Below are positions 38,873 to 51,946 of a stretch of 64,000 nucleotides of DNA, in pieces. The position numbers and the translations under genes are program-made. The stretch comes from Octopus sinensis (Eukaryota): assembly GCF_006345805.1 (NCBI RefSeq), contig NC_042998.1:204476001-204540000 (forward strand), in the 5' to 3' direction. How positions within the stretch are numbered: the stretch's first letter is position 1; each line of letters opens with the position of its first letter. Under the pieces are notes generated by a model. It ran no database searches and was not told the origin of the DNA. It worked only from the letters and a program-made list of their open reading frames with translations.

Positions 38873-41260
38873 TATTTGTCAACTAAATATGGCGGTCCTA
38901 TAGAAGACGACGGTGTTACTGTTGTTTTTAGCCCCAGGAAGATATTCGTTTATATCTTTATACACCTATCTATATGCTTATTGAATTTAAAATTTTGAAA
39001 ACGTGCTTTCTTGCAAGATTCGGAATCTCCGTCATCTGAAACATTGAGAAAAGAAGTTCAAAATTTTTAATCAGGGTGGGAGGCAGGTGAAATTTTAAAA
39101 AAATTTCTTTTGCATATTCGTCATCTAAAAACGTAGGAATCCGAAACAATATTTTCAAAAAAAATAAAATGCCTTTTCCAAAGAGAGGTGCGAAACTGCA
39201 TTAGTCCCACCAGCTCTTTATATGCTAAATATAAATCCCATTGAAATTTTACCTTTCCTGCCTCTGAATTCATAAACTTAACCCTATAATACTTTTCTTT
39301 TTTCGTAGTATACCTTTTATTGATATATGATACTTATTGTTAATAATAATCATAAATACTTCAAAGAGGCTCTGCTGATGCGACAGTTACCATGCCTGGC
39401 GAAATGCTTAGCAGAATTTCATTAATCTTTACGATCTGAGGATAAATTCAGGATCTACAAATTAGGCAGCCGTGGAACACTGAGCTTGATGCAATGAACT
39501 TCCTGCTTCCCCAAAATTGCTGGCCTTGTGCCAAAATTATTCAAAACCAATTTTCTTTCGGGTTAACATTTATCACAACGAAGAAGAAGAAAAAAAGAAA
39601 GAAAAGCTTCATCACATGGAACCGTTTCTTTGTTTTTTTTCCTGTCTATTGAAAGAAGAGCCACAGATCTTTTTAGATGGTGTGGCAGTGTTGTGCATAA
39701 ATGCAAACCTGTTTTCAGTTCAAATATGCTTGAAGCTTGTGTGTTTATCCTTTCCGATAAGCACCAGTTGGGCCCTGGAAAGAAGGTCATAAAACTGGAG
39801 TCTTAGACGTCTTCTAAGAATCTTTTGCATTTCTTTATTATTGTACTTCACTGTGTTGTGAGGGTGGGATGGGGGCATCAACAGGGAGTTTAGGGTCACT
39901 CAGGAGGAGGTGCCCATCTTTTATCCTTTACTTGTTTCAGTCATTAGAATGTGGCCATGCTGGGGCACCACCTTGAAGAGTTTTTAGCTGAATGAATCAG
40001 CCCCAGGACTTGTTTTTTTAAAGCCTGGTGCTTATTCTATCAGACTCCTTTTGTTGAACAACTAAGTTACAGGGACATACACAAACCAACACCGGTTGGG
40101 GTTTGGTGATAGAGTCCAATGGAATAAGTACTAGGCTTAAAAAAGAAAACCCTGGAGTTCATTCATTCAACTAAAATTTCTTCCAGCATGGCCACAGTCT
40201 GTTGACTGAAATAAGTGAAAGAGAAACAATACAACAAAGTATGGGACAGGAACACAGACCCTTAATAACTGCTCAGAAGAAAAGAATGGGATGTGTATTA
40301 CACTTTAGGACCCAAAATGTCTAGTGGACAGGCGACCTAAACACTGCTCGTCTCTTTCGTTGGTGAACTTTTGGGGACAACAGATGAGACTGACGCCTAT
40401 CAATGAAATACATCTCAACAAGCCAGAAAACATCAATAAAAAAGGTTTCCCTTTATATTGCTGTTAAAAAAGGGGTCAGAAAGCCCCAACTTCAAACTGT
40501 AAGGAGCAGCTGTTAATGGGATCCAACAGCTACAAATGTTCTGCTTTGTGAAGCAACACATTTTATTCCTATTGTTTAATTACAATTCCTCACTGTTATT
40601 TAGGGTGACGAGGAAATCTGACCTTAACGAAGGTGAAATTAGAGAAACCTTGGGTGTCAGTTGGTGTTGCATAAAAAGCACCCAGTCCACCCTGTGGAGT
40701 GGTTGGCATTAGGAAGGGCATCCAGCTGTGGAAAGTATTCCAAAACAGACAACAGTGCCTGGTGCAGCCCCTGCCAAGCCATCCATGCCAGTGTGGAAAA
40801 CAGACATTAAATGATGATGATGAATTATGACACAAGGCCAGCAATTTTAAGGGGAAGGGCTTGTTAGTTGATGTCATCAACTACAGGACCCAACTGGTTC
40901 TTATCTTATCAGTGTCCCCACCCCTTACACTTTCTACTTCACTCAGAACATTGACTCCCTGGAACTCCTTCCCTACAGGCACTAACCAATCAGTTGACAC
41001 AAGACATTCAGCTCACCTGTTTTGGAAGATTTTGCCAACACAGTGGGCTCTGCCCCTTCCTCCTAAATCAGTAAGTTAAAAACAAGAAAAAATATGACCA
41101 AAATAATTGCTTCTAATTTAGAGCAGAGGCAGGCTTAATAAATACCATCAACCCCAATACTTCACTGGCACTTTATTTCATCAACCCCGGAACCAAAAAG
41201 CCTTAAAGTTAACCTAGCAAAGACTAAAGTTTTGGTCAAAACAGGGATAGCCTTGGTTGA

Positions 41261-41463
41261 TACAGTTCTATATTTAAGAGATGACGAATTATGTACATTA
41301 TTTACATTTGACGGATATTTGTCCTCATCTTGTTTGTTGTTAACATAACGTTTCAGCTGATATACCCTCCAGCCTTCATCAGGTGTCTTGGGGAAATTTC
41401 AAACCTGGGTTCTCTTTCTTAAGGTTATTATTATTATTCAGGTCACTGCCTGGAATTGAACTC
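41261..41463 (-). mobile_element. Repeat with B-box-like 5' end, (TAA)n spacer and Penelope-type hammerhead-like motif
   Basis: Reverse complement GAGTTCAATTCC...AATAATAAT...GACAC CTGATGA AGGCTG GAGGGTATAT CAGCT GAAACGTT ATGTT. Confidence 0.65.
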
Positions 41464-41480
41464 ATAATAATAATAATAAT

Positions 41481-41797
41481 AGGTACCCTGGGAATGATAG
41501 CAAAAGGGGCTGATTGCTACCTAGCTCAGATACCAGGAAACCCCAAAATGGCAGAAATTCAAAAGATAGTGCTCATGGGAACTGCTCATATCCTACGCAA
41601 AATACTTTCTATGTAATCTCAAGTTTTAAAACTTGCAATTTTTGTATGGTTTTTTTTTAGACATTCACTAGTACAAAACCAAATATATGGCACCCTAGGC
41701 ATAACACCAACATGAACTTCCAACTTCTTGTCTCTTGAGGTCTCCGGGTGAGACTTGGAGCCAACTTGTATAAATGTAAAGCAAAAGTCAAACATAG
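41481..41797 (+). mobile_element. R4/Dong-like LINE 3' fragment inside (TAA)n
   Basis: GTLGMIAKG..LAQIPGNPKMAEIQKIVLMGTAHILRKILSM* then a 3' UTR; (TAA)n on both sides. Confidence 0.8.
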
Positions 41798-41950
41798 AAT
41801 AATAATAATAATAACATCTAAAAATACCTTAGGAATGAGAACCCAGGTTCGAAATTTCCCCAAGACACTTGATGAAGGCTGGAGGGTATATCAGCCGAAA
41901 CGTGTTAACAACAAAAAAGATGAGGACAAATATCCATCAAATGTAAATAA
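41797..41950 (+). mobile_element. Inverted partner copy of the hammerhead-like repeat
   Basis: GACAC TTGATGA AGGCTG GAGGGTATAT CAGCC GAAACGT GTT; reverse complement of ~41298-41430. Confidence 0.65.
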
Positions 41951-42074
41951 AGCCTTAGTTGATATCCAGTAGAAAAGGTACTGGACAATATTTCATAGAG
42001 AGTACCCAGTGCAAGCTATGGGCAGATAAGTGTAGAAGAATCACAAGAAGGTTGACAGAGAAAGTAGTCCATGT

Positions 42075-43200
42075 GTGTGTGTGTGGCAGATGTGCAAGAA
42101 CATAGAGGAAATGGATTTCCTCAAATGCCAAAGGGGATCCTTAGAGGTAGTAGATAGATTCTGTTACCTAGGTGACAAAATTAACAGTAGAGGAGAATGC
42201 TCTGAAAGTGTAATAACTAGAATAAGAAGTGGTTGGAGAAAGTTCAAAGTTATTAGTTTTGTTGATAACAAAGGGCCTCTCTGTTAGAAAGAAGGGCTGA
42301 TTGTATGATATTTTGTATGAATAGCAGTGAAAAAAGGGTCATGAATGGAGAAGGCAGAGAGAGGAATGAAGTTAGAATGCTCTGGTAGAAGAGCAACATC
42401 ATCTGTGCATGTATGAGGAATCCAGAGTGCAAGAAAGGAGACTGTACTGGTTTCGTCAGCTGATGGATAAGAGCAATAGTATAAAGAAGTGACCGAGACT
42501 TTTGGAAATATGCTGTGCGTGAGAAGACCCAGCAAGCCAAATGAGACCATAATCTCGTGGCCTATGCCAAGAGTGTAACCAGCCCACTTATGCGTACCTT
42601 TTCCTTCTTTGGACACTAAAACTCTGCTTGCGAAGACCTGTTGAGGCAAGTGAAATCAAAATCAAAATCAATGACTGGCATCTGTGCTAGCAGGGTGCAA
42701 AGAGCACTATACGAGTGTGACCATTGACAGAGTGGCTAACCGGCTTCTGTGCCAGTGGCACTTAAAAAGCACCATTCGAGCGTGATCGTTACCAGTGTTG
42801 CCTTACTGGCACTCAAGCCCCGTGCTAAAAGGGTGCTAAGAGCACCATCCGAGCGTGATCATTGCCAGAGCAGCTATCTGGCCTCCATGCTGGTGGCATG
42901 TAAAAGACACCATTCGAGTGTGATCGTTACCAGCATCACCTTACTGGCACCTGTGCAGGTGGCATGTGTAAAAGATTCGAGCGAGGTCGTTGCCAGTACC
43001 ACCCGAATGGCCCCATGCCCATGGCACATAAAAGCACCTGCTACACTCTCGGAATGGTTGGCGTTAGAAAGGGCATCCAGCTGTAGAAACTCTGCCAGAT
43101 CAAGATTGAAACCTGGTGCAGCCATCTGGTTCGCCAGCCCTCAGTCAATCATCCAATCCATGCTAGCATGGAAAGCGGACGTTAAACAATGATGAGGATG
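42075..43200 (+). mobile_element. RTE LINE (second family) decayed ORF2 end plus long 3' UTR
   Basis: LEVVDRFCYLGDKI..ITRIRSGWRKF remnants run into GAGAAGACCC.. UTR, tandem sub-repeats and the GGACGTTAAAC(A/G)ATGATG tail. Confidence 0.8.
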
Positions 43201-43620
43201 AAGTATTGATCACTAAATGTGGGACTTGTGGAAGAGGCTCTGCACTTGAGTAATTCACATTGATTTTTTTTTTGTGTCCCTGGAATCCTGTTCTGTTCAT
43301 ACGAAGTGATAGCTCTGTTGGTGCAGCTTCACCAGGCAGGATAGTCTTGTGTTTGCATTTCCCAGGTGCTGGGGGTTGATCTCAAAGTTCTTCAGTGAAA
43401 CTCTGACTGTGTCCTTCAAGTGATTTTTCTGTCCACCTTGTGAGTATTTGCTTTCACTAGTGCTGTAAATTATACAAGAGTAGAAGCAGACATATTCCAA
43501 TCCCTTTTACCTCTGACCAATTATCCTGCCCCATCCTCGGAACCACTTCCTTTGACACCCATCCCACTCTTCTCAATTTTCCATTAATCATCCCATTCTG
43601 TACATCGGTTATAATGTATA

Positions 43621-44040
43621 TAATATAATATATAATGAAATTATTGTGTACAGTGCTCAGGTGCCCCACAACTTGTCAAAAGTGTGTATAAAGCATATGC
43701 AGCAATGTACAAATGTCTGGGAAGTCAACAGTGTATGAGTCAGATACATGCTTGTGTGTGTGTATGGAGGGGAGAAAATCAGGTGTAGTGTTGGCGAATC
43801 TCAGGAAGCATGGAAGTTTTGAAGGATGCAGTGCTCCGACAACCAACAACTGATGCCGGCAGTTTGTTCCATGCTTCAGCAACACTTAGCGTGAAAAAAT
43901 GTTTCCAAAAGTCATGGAAGGAGCTGTGCTGTTTTCTGACTTTGTAAATATGTCCACGGGTGTTAGATGGGTGGAGTTTGAAAAGGTGCTCAGAGGTATT
44001 GTTGGTAAGATGGTTAATAATTTTATGGGTGTTTGCCAAG
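43621..44040 (-). mobile_element. CR1/L2-like LINE 3' fragment
   Basis: ORF NTRGHIYKVRK..KHFFTLSVAEAWNKLPASVVGCRSTASFK is the typical CR1/L2/Jockey-group ORF2 C-terminus. Confidence 0.8.
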
Positions 44041-44670
44041 TCAGCTGCCCGACGTCAGCTACATCTTCAGACTAACTTCCTGGTTAAAAGAAACCATTCA
44101 CCACAACATTGGAATGAAGAAAAAATAAAAATGAAAAAAAAGAACAGAAATTACACACATTTCTGGATATGGACATAGAAGAGAATGATTGAGGGTCTTT
44201 ATTATTTCATAAATGCATTTAATGGAAAGTTGATATAGCAATGTCGTCTCATTGTAGAAAATTACAAACACACACACACTCTTCCATACAATCACAACGT
44301 AGACATGCATATGTACACAGTATTGTCCATAATTATTAGGTCAGGTATAAACACACAACACTTGTATATATTACTACATACACACACACACACACACACA
44401 CACATATGACTGTGTGGTTAAGAAGCTTGCTTCCTAACTGCTGGGTTTTGGGTTCAGTCCCATTGCATAGGTGACAATATCTGATAGCTGAAAAATGTAA
44501 GAAGCCCCATCATGTGTGTATGTATGTGCCTCTTTGCCATGGCACTGTGTGACAGCTGTAGACAAGTGCCATCATCATCATTTAACGTCCTTTGTCCATG
44601 CTGGCATGGGCTGGTCAGCTGAGGGGCTGCACCAGATTCCAGTCTGATTAAGCATGGTTTCTACAGCCGG

Positions 44671-44818
44671 AGTCTGATGCAGCCCCTCAGCTGACCAGCC
44701 CTAGAATAGAGTCTGGTGCAGCCCCTCAGCTTACCAGCCCTAGAATAGAGTCTGGTGCAGCCCCTCAGCTTACCAGCCCTAGAATAGAGTCTGGTGCAGC
44801 CCCTCAGCTTACCAGCCC
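44671..44818. repeat. 39-bp minisatellite x~4 (TAGAATAGAGTCTGGTGCAGCCCCTCAGCTTACCAGCCC)
   Basis: Units at 44702, 44741 and 44780 plus a partial first unit. Confidence 0.9.
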
Positions 44819-45534
44819 TAATCGAACCGCCCAACCCTTGAATATGACATGTCCCTTATTTCCAATTTTGCATGGAAACACATCCAGCCATGCAGAAGAA
44901 TTATTTTGCTTGGTAAGAGTTGATGGCTACGAGTGTGTGTGTGAGTGTGTCTATTCATATATGAATCTATACAGGTACACCTGTGTATAGATACATCACT
45001 CAAACACACAAAAATATATAAAGACACACACACACACAGGTATATGATGGCAGTCATTAGATTACTTTGTGGTAATCATTCCAGTTCTCCATGCGCTTAG
45101 TTGGTCATCATGTTGGAGTCGATAGATAAAGTATTAGTCATGTGGCGGAGTCGATAGATTCTTTTCTGTCTGTCTGTCTGTCTCTGCCGAAAGAAATCAA
45201 CAGCGGTCAGACTTCGAGATGTCCTTCCTACGACTACAGCAAAGGGTTGAGGGTGGGTACGGAGGACTGCAAAAAGAAACAGGTTACTAATTCATTCTTC
45301 CTATTTGTCTGATTCACATAAACTCATAGCACCGACTACCTAGTTAGTCTTTGAGCAAACTCGGTCAATTCAATATCTCACTGTCCACTGAGACAGACTG
45401 AAATGGCATTGCCAAGGTTCGTATACACCCGTCTGCTCTGCGTGGGTGGATAGAATAATTCTGGAGTTAAAAGCAAATCCAGTAATAACATCATCGCTTG
45501 CACAAACATAGTGTGTTTTGTTTATACATATAAT

Positions 45535-47997
45535 ATATATATAGACATATATACACATATATATATACACATACACACATATATATATATACATACATAC
45601 ACACACATATATATATATACTCACATATATATATATACTCACATATATATATATATACTCACATATACATACATATATATATACATACATACATATACAC
45701 ATACATATATACATACATACATACATATATACATACATACATATACACATACATACATATACATATATACACATACATACATATACATATATACACATAC
45801 ATACATATATACACATACATACATATATACACATACATACATATATACATATACATACATATATATATATATACATACATACATATATATACATACATAT
45901 ATGTATATATATACATACATACATACATATATGTATATATATACATACATACATACATATATGTATATATATACATACATACATACATATATGTATATAT
46001 ATACATACATACATACATATATGTATATATATACATACATACATACATATATGTATATATATACATACATACATACATACATATATGTATATATATATAC
46101 ATACATACATATATGTATATATATATACATACATACATATATGTATATATATATACATCAAAATAGATGAACATCAATGGAATTTGTATCTTTGTGGTTC
46201 CAGTACCGGTGGCACACAAGAAAACCATCCGATCGTGGCCGTTCGCAGCCACATCTGGCACCTGTGTCGGTGGCACATAAAGACACCATCCGAAGACCCG
46301 GCGACGTAGACAGTCCCCTGTGCATACCTTCCTTCTTGTGACACTTGTGAAGACCTGTTGAGGCAAGTGAAAATCAAATCAAATCAAATCAAAACAAATC
46401 AAAATAGATGAACATAAATGGAATTTGTATCTTTGTGGTACCAGTGCCGGTGGCACACAAGAAAATCATCCGAACGTGGCCGTAGCCAGTACCGCATAGA
46501 CTGGCCTCCGTGCTTTGGGGACGTAACAAACACCATCCGATCGTGGCCGTCCGCCAGCCTCATCTGGCACCTGTGTCGGTGGCACATAAAAACACCATCC
46601 GAGCGTGGCCGTCTGCCAGCCTCGTCTGGCACCTGCCAGCCTCATCTGGCACCTGTGTCGGTGGCACATAAAAACACCATCCGAGCGTGGCCGTCTGCCA
46701 GCCTCGTCTGGCACCTGTGTCGGTGGCACATAAAAACACCATCCGAGCGTGGCCGTTCGCCAGCCTCGTCTGGCACCTGTGTCGGTGGCACATAAAATCA
46801 CCCACTACACTCTCGGAGTGGTTGGCGTTAGGAAGGGCATCCAGCTGTAGAAACACTGCCAGATCTGACTGGCCTGGTGCAGCCTTCGGGCTCCCCAGAC
46901 CCCAGTTGAACCGTCCAACCCATGCTAGCATGGAAAACGGACGCTAAATGATGATGATGATGATGATACATATATGTATATATATACATACATACATATA
47001 TGTATATATATACATACATACATACATATATGTATATATATATACATACATACATACACATATGTATATATATACATACATACATACACATATGTATATA
47101 TATACATACATACATACACATATGTATATATATACATACATACATACACATATGTATATATATACATACATACATACACATATGTATATATATACATACA
47201 TACATACACATATGTATATATATACATACATACACATATGTATATATATACATACATACATACACATACGTATATATATACATACATACATACACATACG
47301 TATATATATACATACATACACACACACACATACGTATATATATACATACATACACACACACACATACGTATATATATACATACATACACATATATATATA
47401 TACATACATACATACACATATATATATATACATACATACATACACATATATATATATACATACATACATACACATATATATATATACATACATACATACA
47501 CATATATATATATACATACATACATACATACATACACATATATATATATACATACATACATACATACACATATATATATATACATACATACATACATACA
47601 CATATATATATATACATACATACATACATACACATATATATATACATACATACATACATACACATATATATATATACATACATACATACACATATATATA
47701 TATACATACATACATACACATATATATATATACATACATACATACACATATATATATAATACATACATACATACACATATATATATATATATATACATAC
47801 ATACACATATATATATATACATACATACATACCATATATATATATATATACATACACATATATATATACATACACATATATATATACATACATACACATA
47901 TATATATATATATACATACATACATACACATATATATACATACATACATACACATATATATATACATACATACACATATATATATACATACATACAT

Positions 47998-48066
<69 letters not shown>

Positions 48067-48370
48067 CATATAATATATATATATATATATATACATACAT
48101 ACACTATATATATACATACATACACATACATACATACACCATATATATATACATACTACACATATATATATATATATATACATACATACACATATATATA
48201 TACATACATACACATATATATATACATACATACACATATATATATATATATATATATACATACATACACATATATATATACATACATACACATATATATA
48301 TACATACATACACATATATATATATATATATATATACATACATACACATATATATATATATATATACATA

Positions 48371-48401
<31 letters not shown>

Positions 48402-48530
48402 ACATATATATATATATATACATACATACACATATATATATATAATATATATATACATACACATATAATATATATATATATACATACATACACATATATA
48501 TATATATATAATATATATATATACATACAT

Positions 48531-48571
<41 letters not shown>

Positions 48572-49592
48572 CATACACATATTATATATACATACATACA
48601 CATATATATATATACATACATACATACACATATATATATATACATACATACATACATACACATATATATACATACATACATACATACACATATATATATA
48701 TACATACATACATACACATATATATATATACATACATACATACATATATATATATATACATACATACATACATATATATATATATACACATACATACACA
48801 TATATATATACATACACATACATACACATATATATATACATACACATATATATATAACATACATACACATATAATATACATACATACACATATATTATAT
48901 ATACATACATACACATATATATATATACATACCACATATATATATACATACATACACATATATATATATACATACATACACATATATATATATACATACA
49001 TACACATATATATATAATACATACATACACATATATATATATACATACATACACATATATATATACATACTACACATATATATATATACATACACATATA
49101 ATATACATACATACACATATATATATACATACATACACATATATATATACATACATACACATATATATATACATACATACACATATATATATACATACAC
49201 ACATATAATATATACATACATACACATATATATATATATACTACATACACATATATTATATACATACATACACATATATATATATACATACATACACATA
49301 TAATATATATACATACATACACATATATATTATATACATACATACACATATATATATATACATACATACACATATATTATATATACATACATACAATATA
49401 TATATATACATACATACACATATCTATATATATACATACATACACATATTATATACATACATACACATATATATATACATACCATACACATATATATATA
49501 TACATATATATACATATATATATATATATACATATATATACATATATATATATGTACATATATACATATATATACATATATGCGTGTGTGTG

Positions 49593-49627
<35 letters not shown>

Positions 49628-49652
49628 TGTGTATATATATGTACATATATAT

Positions 49653-49685
<33 letters not shown>

Positions 49686-49690
49686 TTAAA
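45535..49690. repeat. ~4-kb compound CA/TA microsatellite (ACATACATACACATATATAT-type units)
   Basis: Directly visible; interrupted by an RTE 3' UTR insert at 46159-46967. Confidence 0.97.
46159..46967 (+). mobile_element. Young RTE 3' UTR insert with 62-bp VNTR
   Basis: CpG-rich, (GAT)n tail, ~4 copies of a 62-bp unit at 46532-46800 and a duplicated 5' segment (CAAAATAGATGAACAT at 46159 and ~46400). Confidence 0.85.
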
Positions 49691-51641
49691 AGGTGCAAGC
49701 ATGGCTGTGTGGTTAAGGAGTTCACTTCACAACCACATGGTTTTTGGTTCAGTCCCACTGCATGGCACCCTGGGCATATCTTTTATAGCAATGAAATGAC
49801 AGAAGATGCATTTGATAGAGTGAAGCTGAGAGAAGACTATCATGTATGACTATATATATATATATATACACACACACACATACATATGAGCACAGCCACA
49901 CGTGTGTGGGTGTTTACATATCCTCCCAAAGTTACTAACAAAGTCAAAGTGGTGACACAGTTGCCATTCTTTCTCCTGTCAAGAAGGGCTCTTCTGATTC
50001 CCGACTTGAAAAGCAGGTGGCAAGGGTTAGTGACAGGGAAAGCATGCTTGTAAAACATTACCTTGATAACAGATTCACCTAACCCATGCTAGCATGGAAA
50101 TACAGATGTAAAACAAACAAATACACACACACACACACACACCTGTACATAGACATACTTTACTTTTTTACCTTTACTCGTTTCAGTCATTAGACTGTGG
50201 TCATGCTGGGGCACCGTAATGATGAATTTTAGTTGAAAGAATCAACTCTAGCACTTGATGTTTTTTAAGCCTGGTACTTATTTCATTGGTATCTTTTGCT
50301 GAACTGCTAAGTCATGGGGATGTAAACACACCAACACTGGTTGTCAAGCGGTGGGGGGGACAAATACAGACACCAAGACACGTGTTTTGGAAGCAAACTT
50401 CTTACCACACAGCCACGCCTTTGCTTAGATACACAAGCACACACACACACACACACATGTATGTCTGTATTTATAGATATATACATGTATATAAATATAT
50501 ATGAACAAAAAAAACCACAGAAAATACTGCAGACATATGCAAAACATTGTAATTATGAGAATTTTTGTTTGCACACACACACACACATTGGAGATTCTGG
50601 TTAATTGGGTCATTAGTTAATTATGTTGTTATTTATACCAGTTGAAGAGAATTACTAAAATCTTTGAAGATTTCAGGCATTCATGGCCCAGAGGCAGCAG
50701 TAAGTAGAATATCATAGAATGTATAACATTGCAGCAAGAATCGGTTCCATGTTTGGATTTGGGTTGTGAATATCTATTCTTGTCAGAGTGGAAAATAGTT
50801 GCTCTGTTGTCTCTTATTTCTGATAGATGCTATCAATAGACCCCCACCCAGAGAAAATCAGGGAGAACTGCCCCCAAATGGTGCAGGCAGTGGCCAGGCT
50901 TCAGCAATTTACAACCAGAGTAATTGGCTTTACTCGGATTTTTGACAAGTTACACCATATATTCCTGCTTGCTAAAAGAAGTGAATAAAAGGGTCAATGA
51001 CAAAGAGGGGCTTCTGGCCATAAAACAGCATCAAAAAGGGAACCATGACAAGAACACAATCAGATTGGTATAGGACCCAGGACCCAGCAAAGCCAACTCT
51101 GCTTTGGAGGAGGAAAGCAGCTATAAAAATGTTACTTGATTGTTCTAAACCCTTGGGTGTTGGCCACAGCTGGAGTGGATTAGGCCAAGGGGTTATTGTC
51201 TCTGGGTTTGCCAATTAACTGGAATCCAGTATGTGTGTGTGTGCGTGTATTTACACACACACGCACGCACACATAAACACGCATTTCAGTGTATAATGCA
51301 AGACCTGGTATGAAAAGACAGTGAAACAAAATATTTATATATGGTCAATATTTATAAATGGTCAGTTAATATTGACTTTAGAGGACCCAGACATAAATTT
51401 AGAATGACATTGATCCATTAACACACAGGCTGATTGCTTAGTTGGTTGGGTTTCTTTTCCTTTTTAAGGAATCTTAATGAGGATGCATTATACCCAGGGA
51501 AACATGATACACACACACACACACACAATAAGTCACTACATATGAGCAAAATGTCCCTTTCTTGCTATCACTTCAAACCATACACATACCATTATTGCAA
51601 ATTATTTGAGCAGGAAACACAGTTCTGTTTGTTTGCTTGGA

Positions 51642-51680
<39 letters not shown>

Positions 51681-51946
51681 CTGTCTCAAATAGAAGCTTC
51701 AAGATAGAATCACAGAAACTGAATGTCAGGCTATTGTTGAGAACAATGAGAAAATGGTATGGAACCAATGAGGTTTTATATATACAGTAACAATTGAATG
51801 ATGAATGTTGACACATGATGGATGTGATGAGAGACGAAAGATTGTTCTGAAGCAGGAATGGTGTATGATTGTAGTAATAGTAGCTGTAGCAGTAGTAATA
51901 GTAGTAGTAGTAGTAACGGTAACAACGACGGTGCTGTTGCCTGTAA

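Noticed and set aside
45383-45462. Possible orphan minus-strand exon (ttttaactccag|...GGACA|gtgaga)
   Set aside because: All three frames are open over 80 bp, there is no recognisable homology, and no partner exons were found.
45370-49849. ORFs up to 687 aa of CVCM/HTYI type
   Set aside because: They are translations of the CA/TA microsatellite on both strands.
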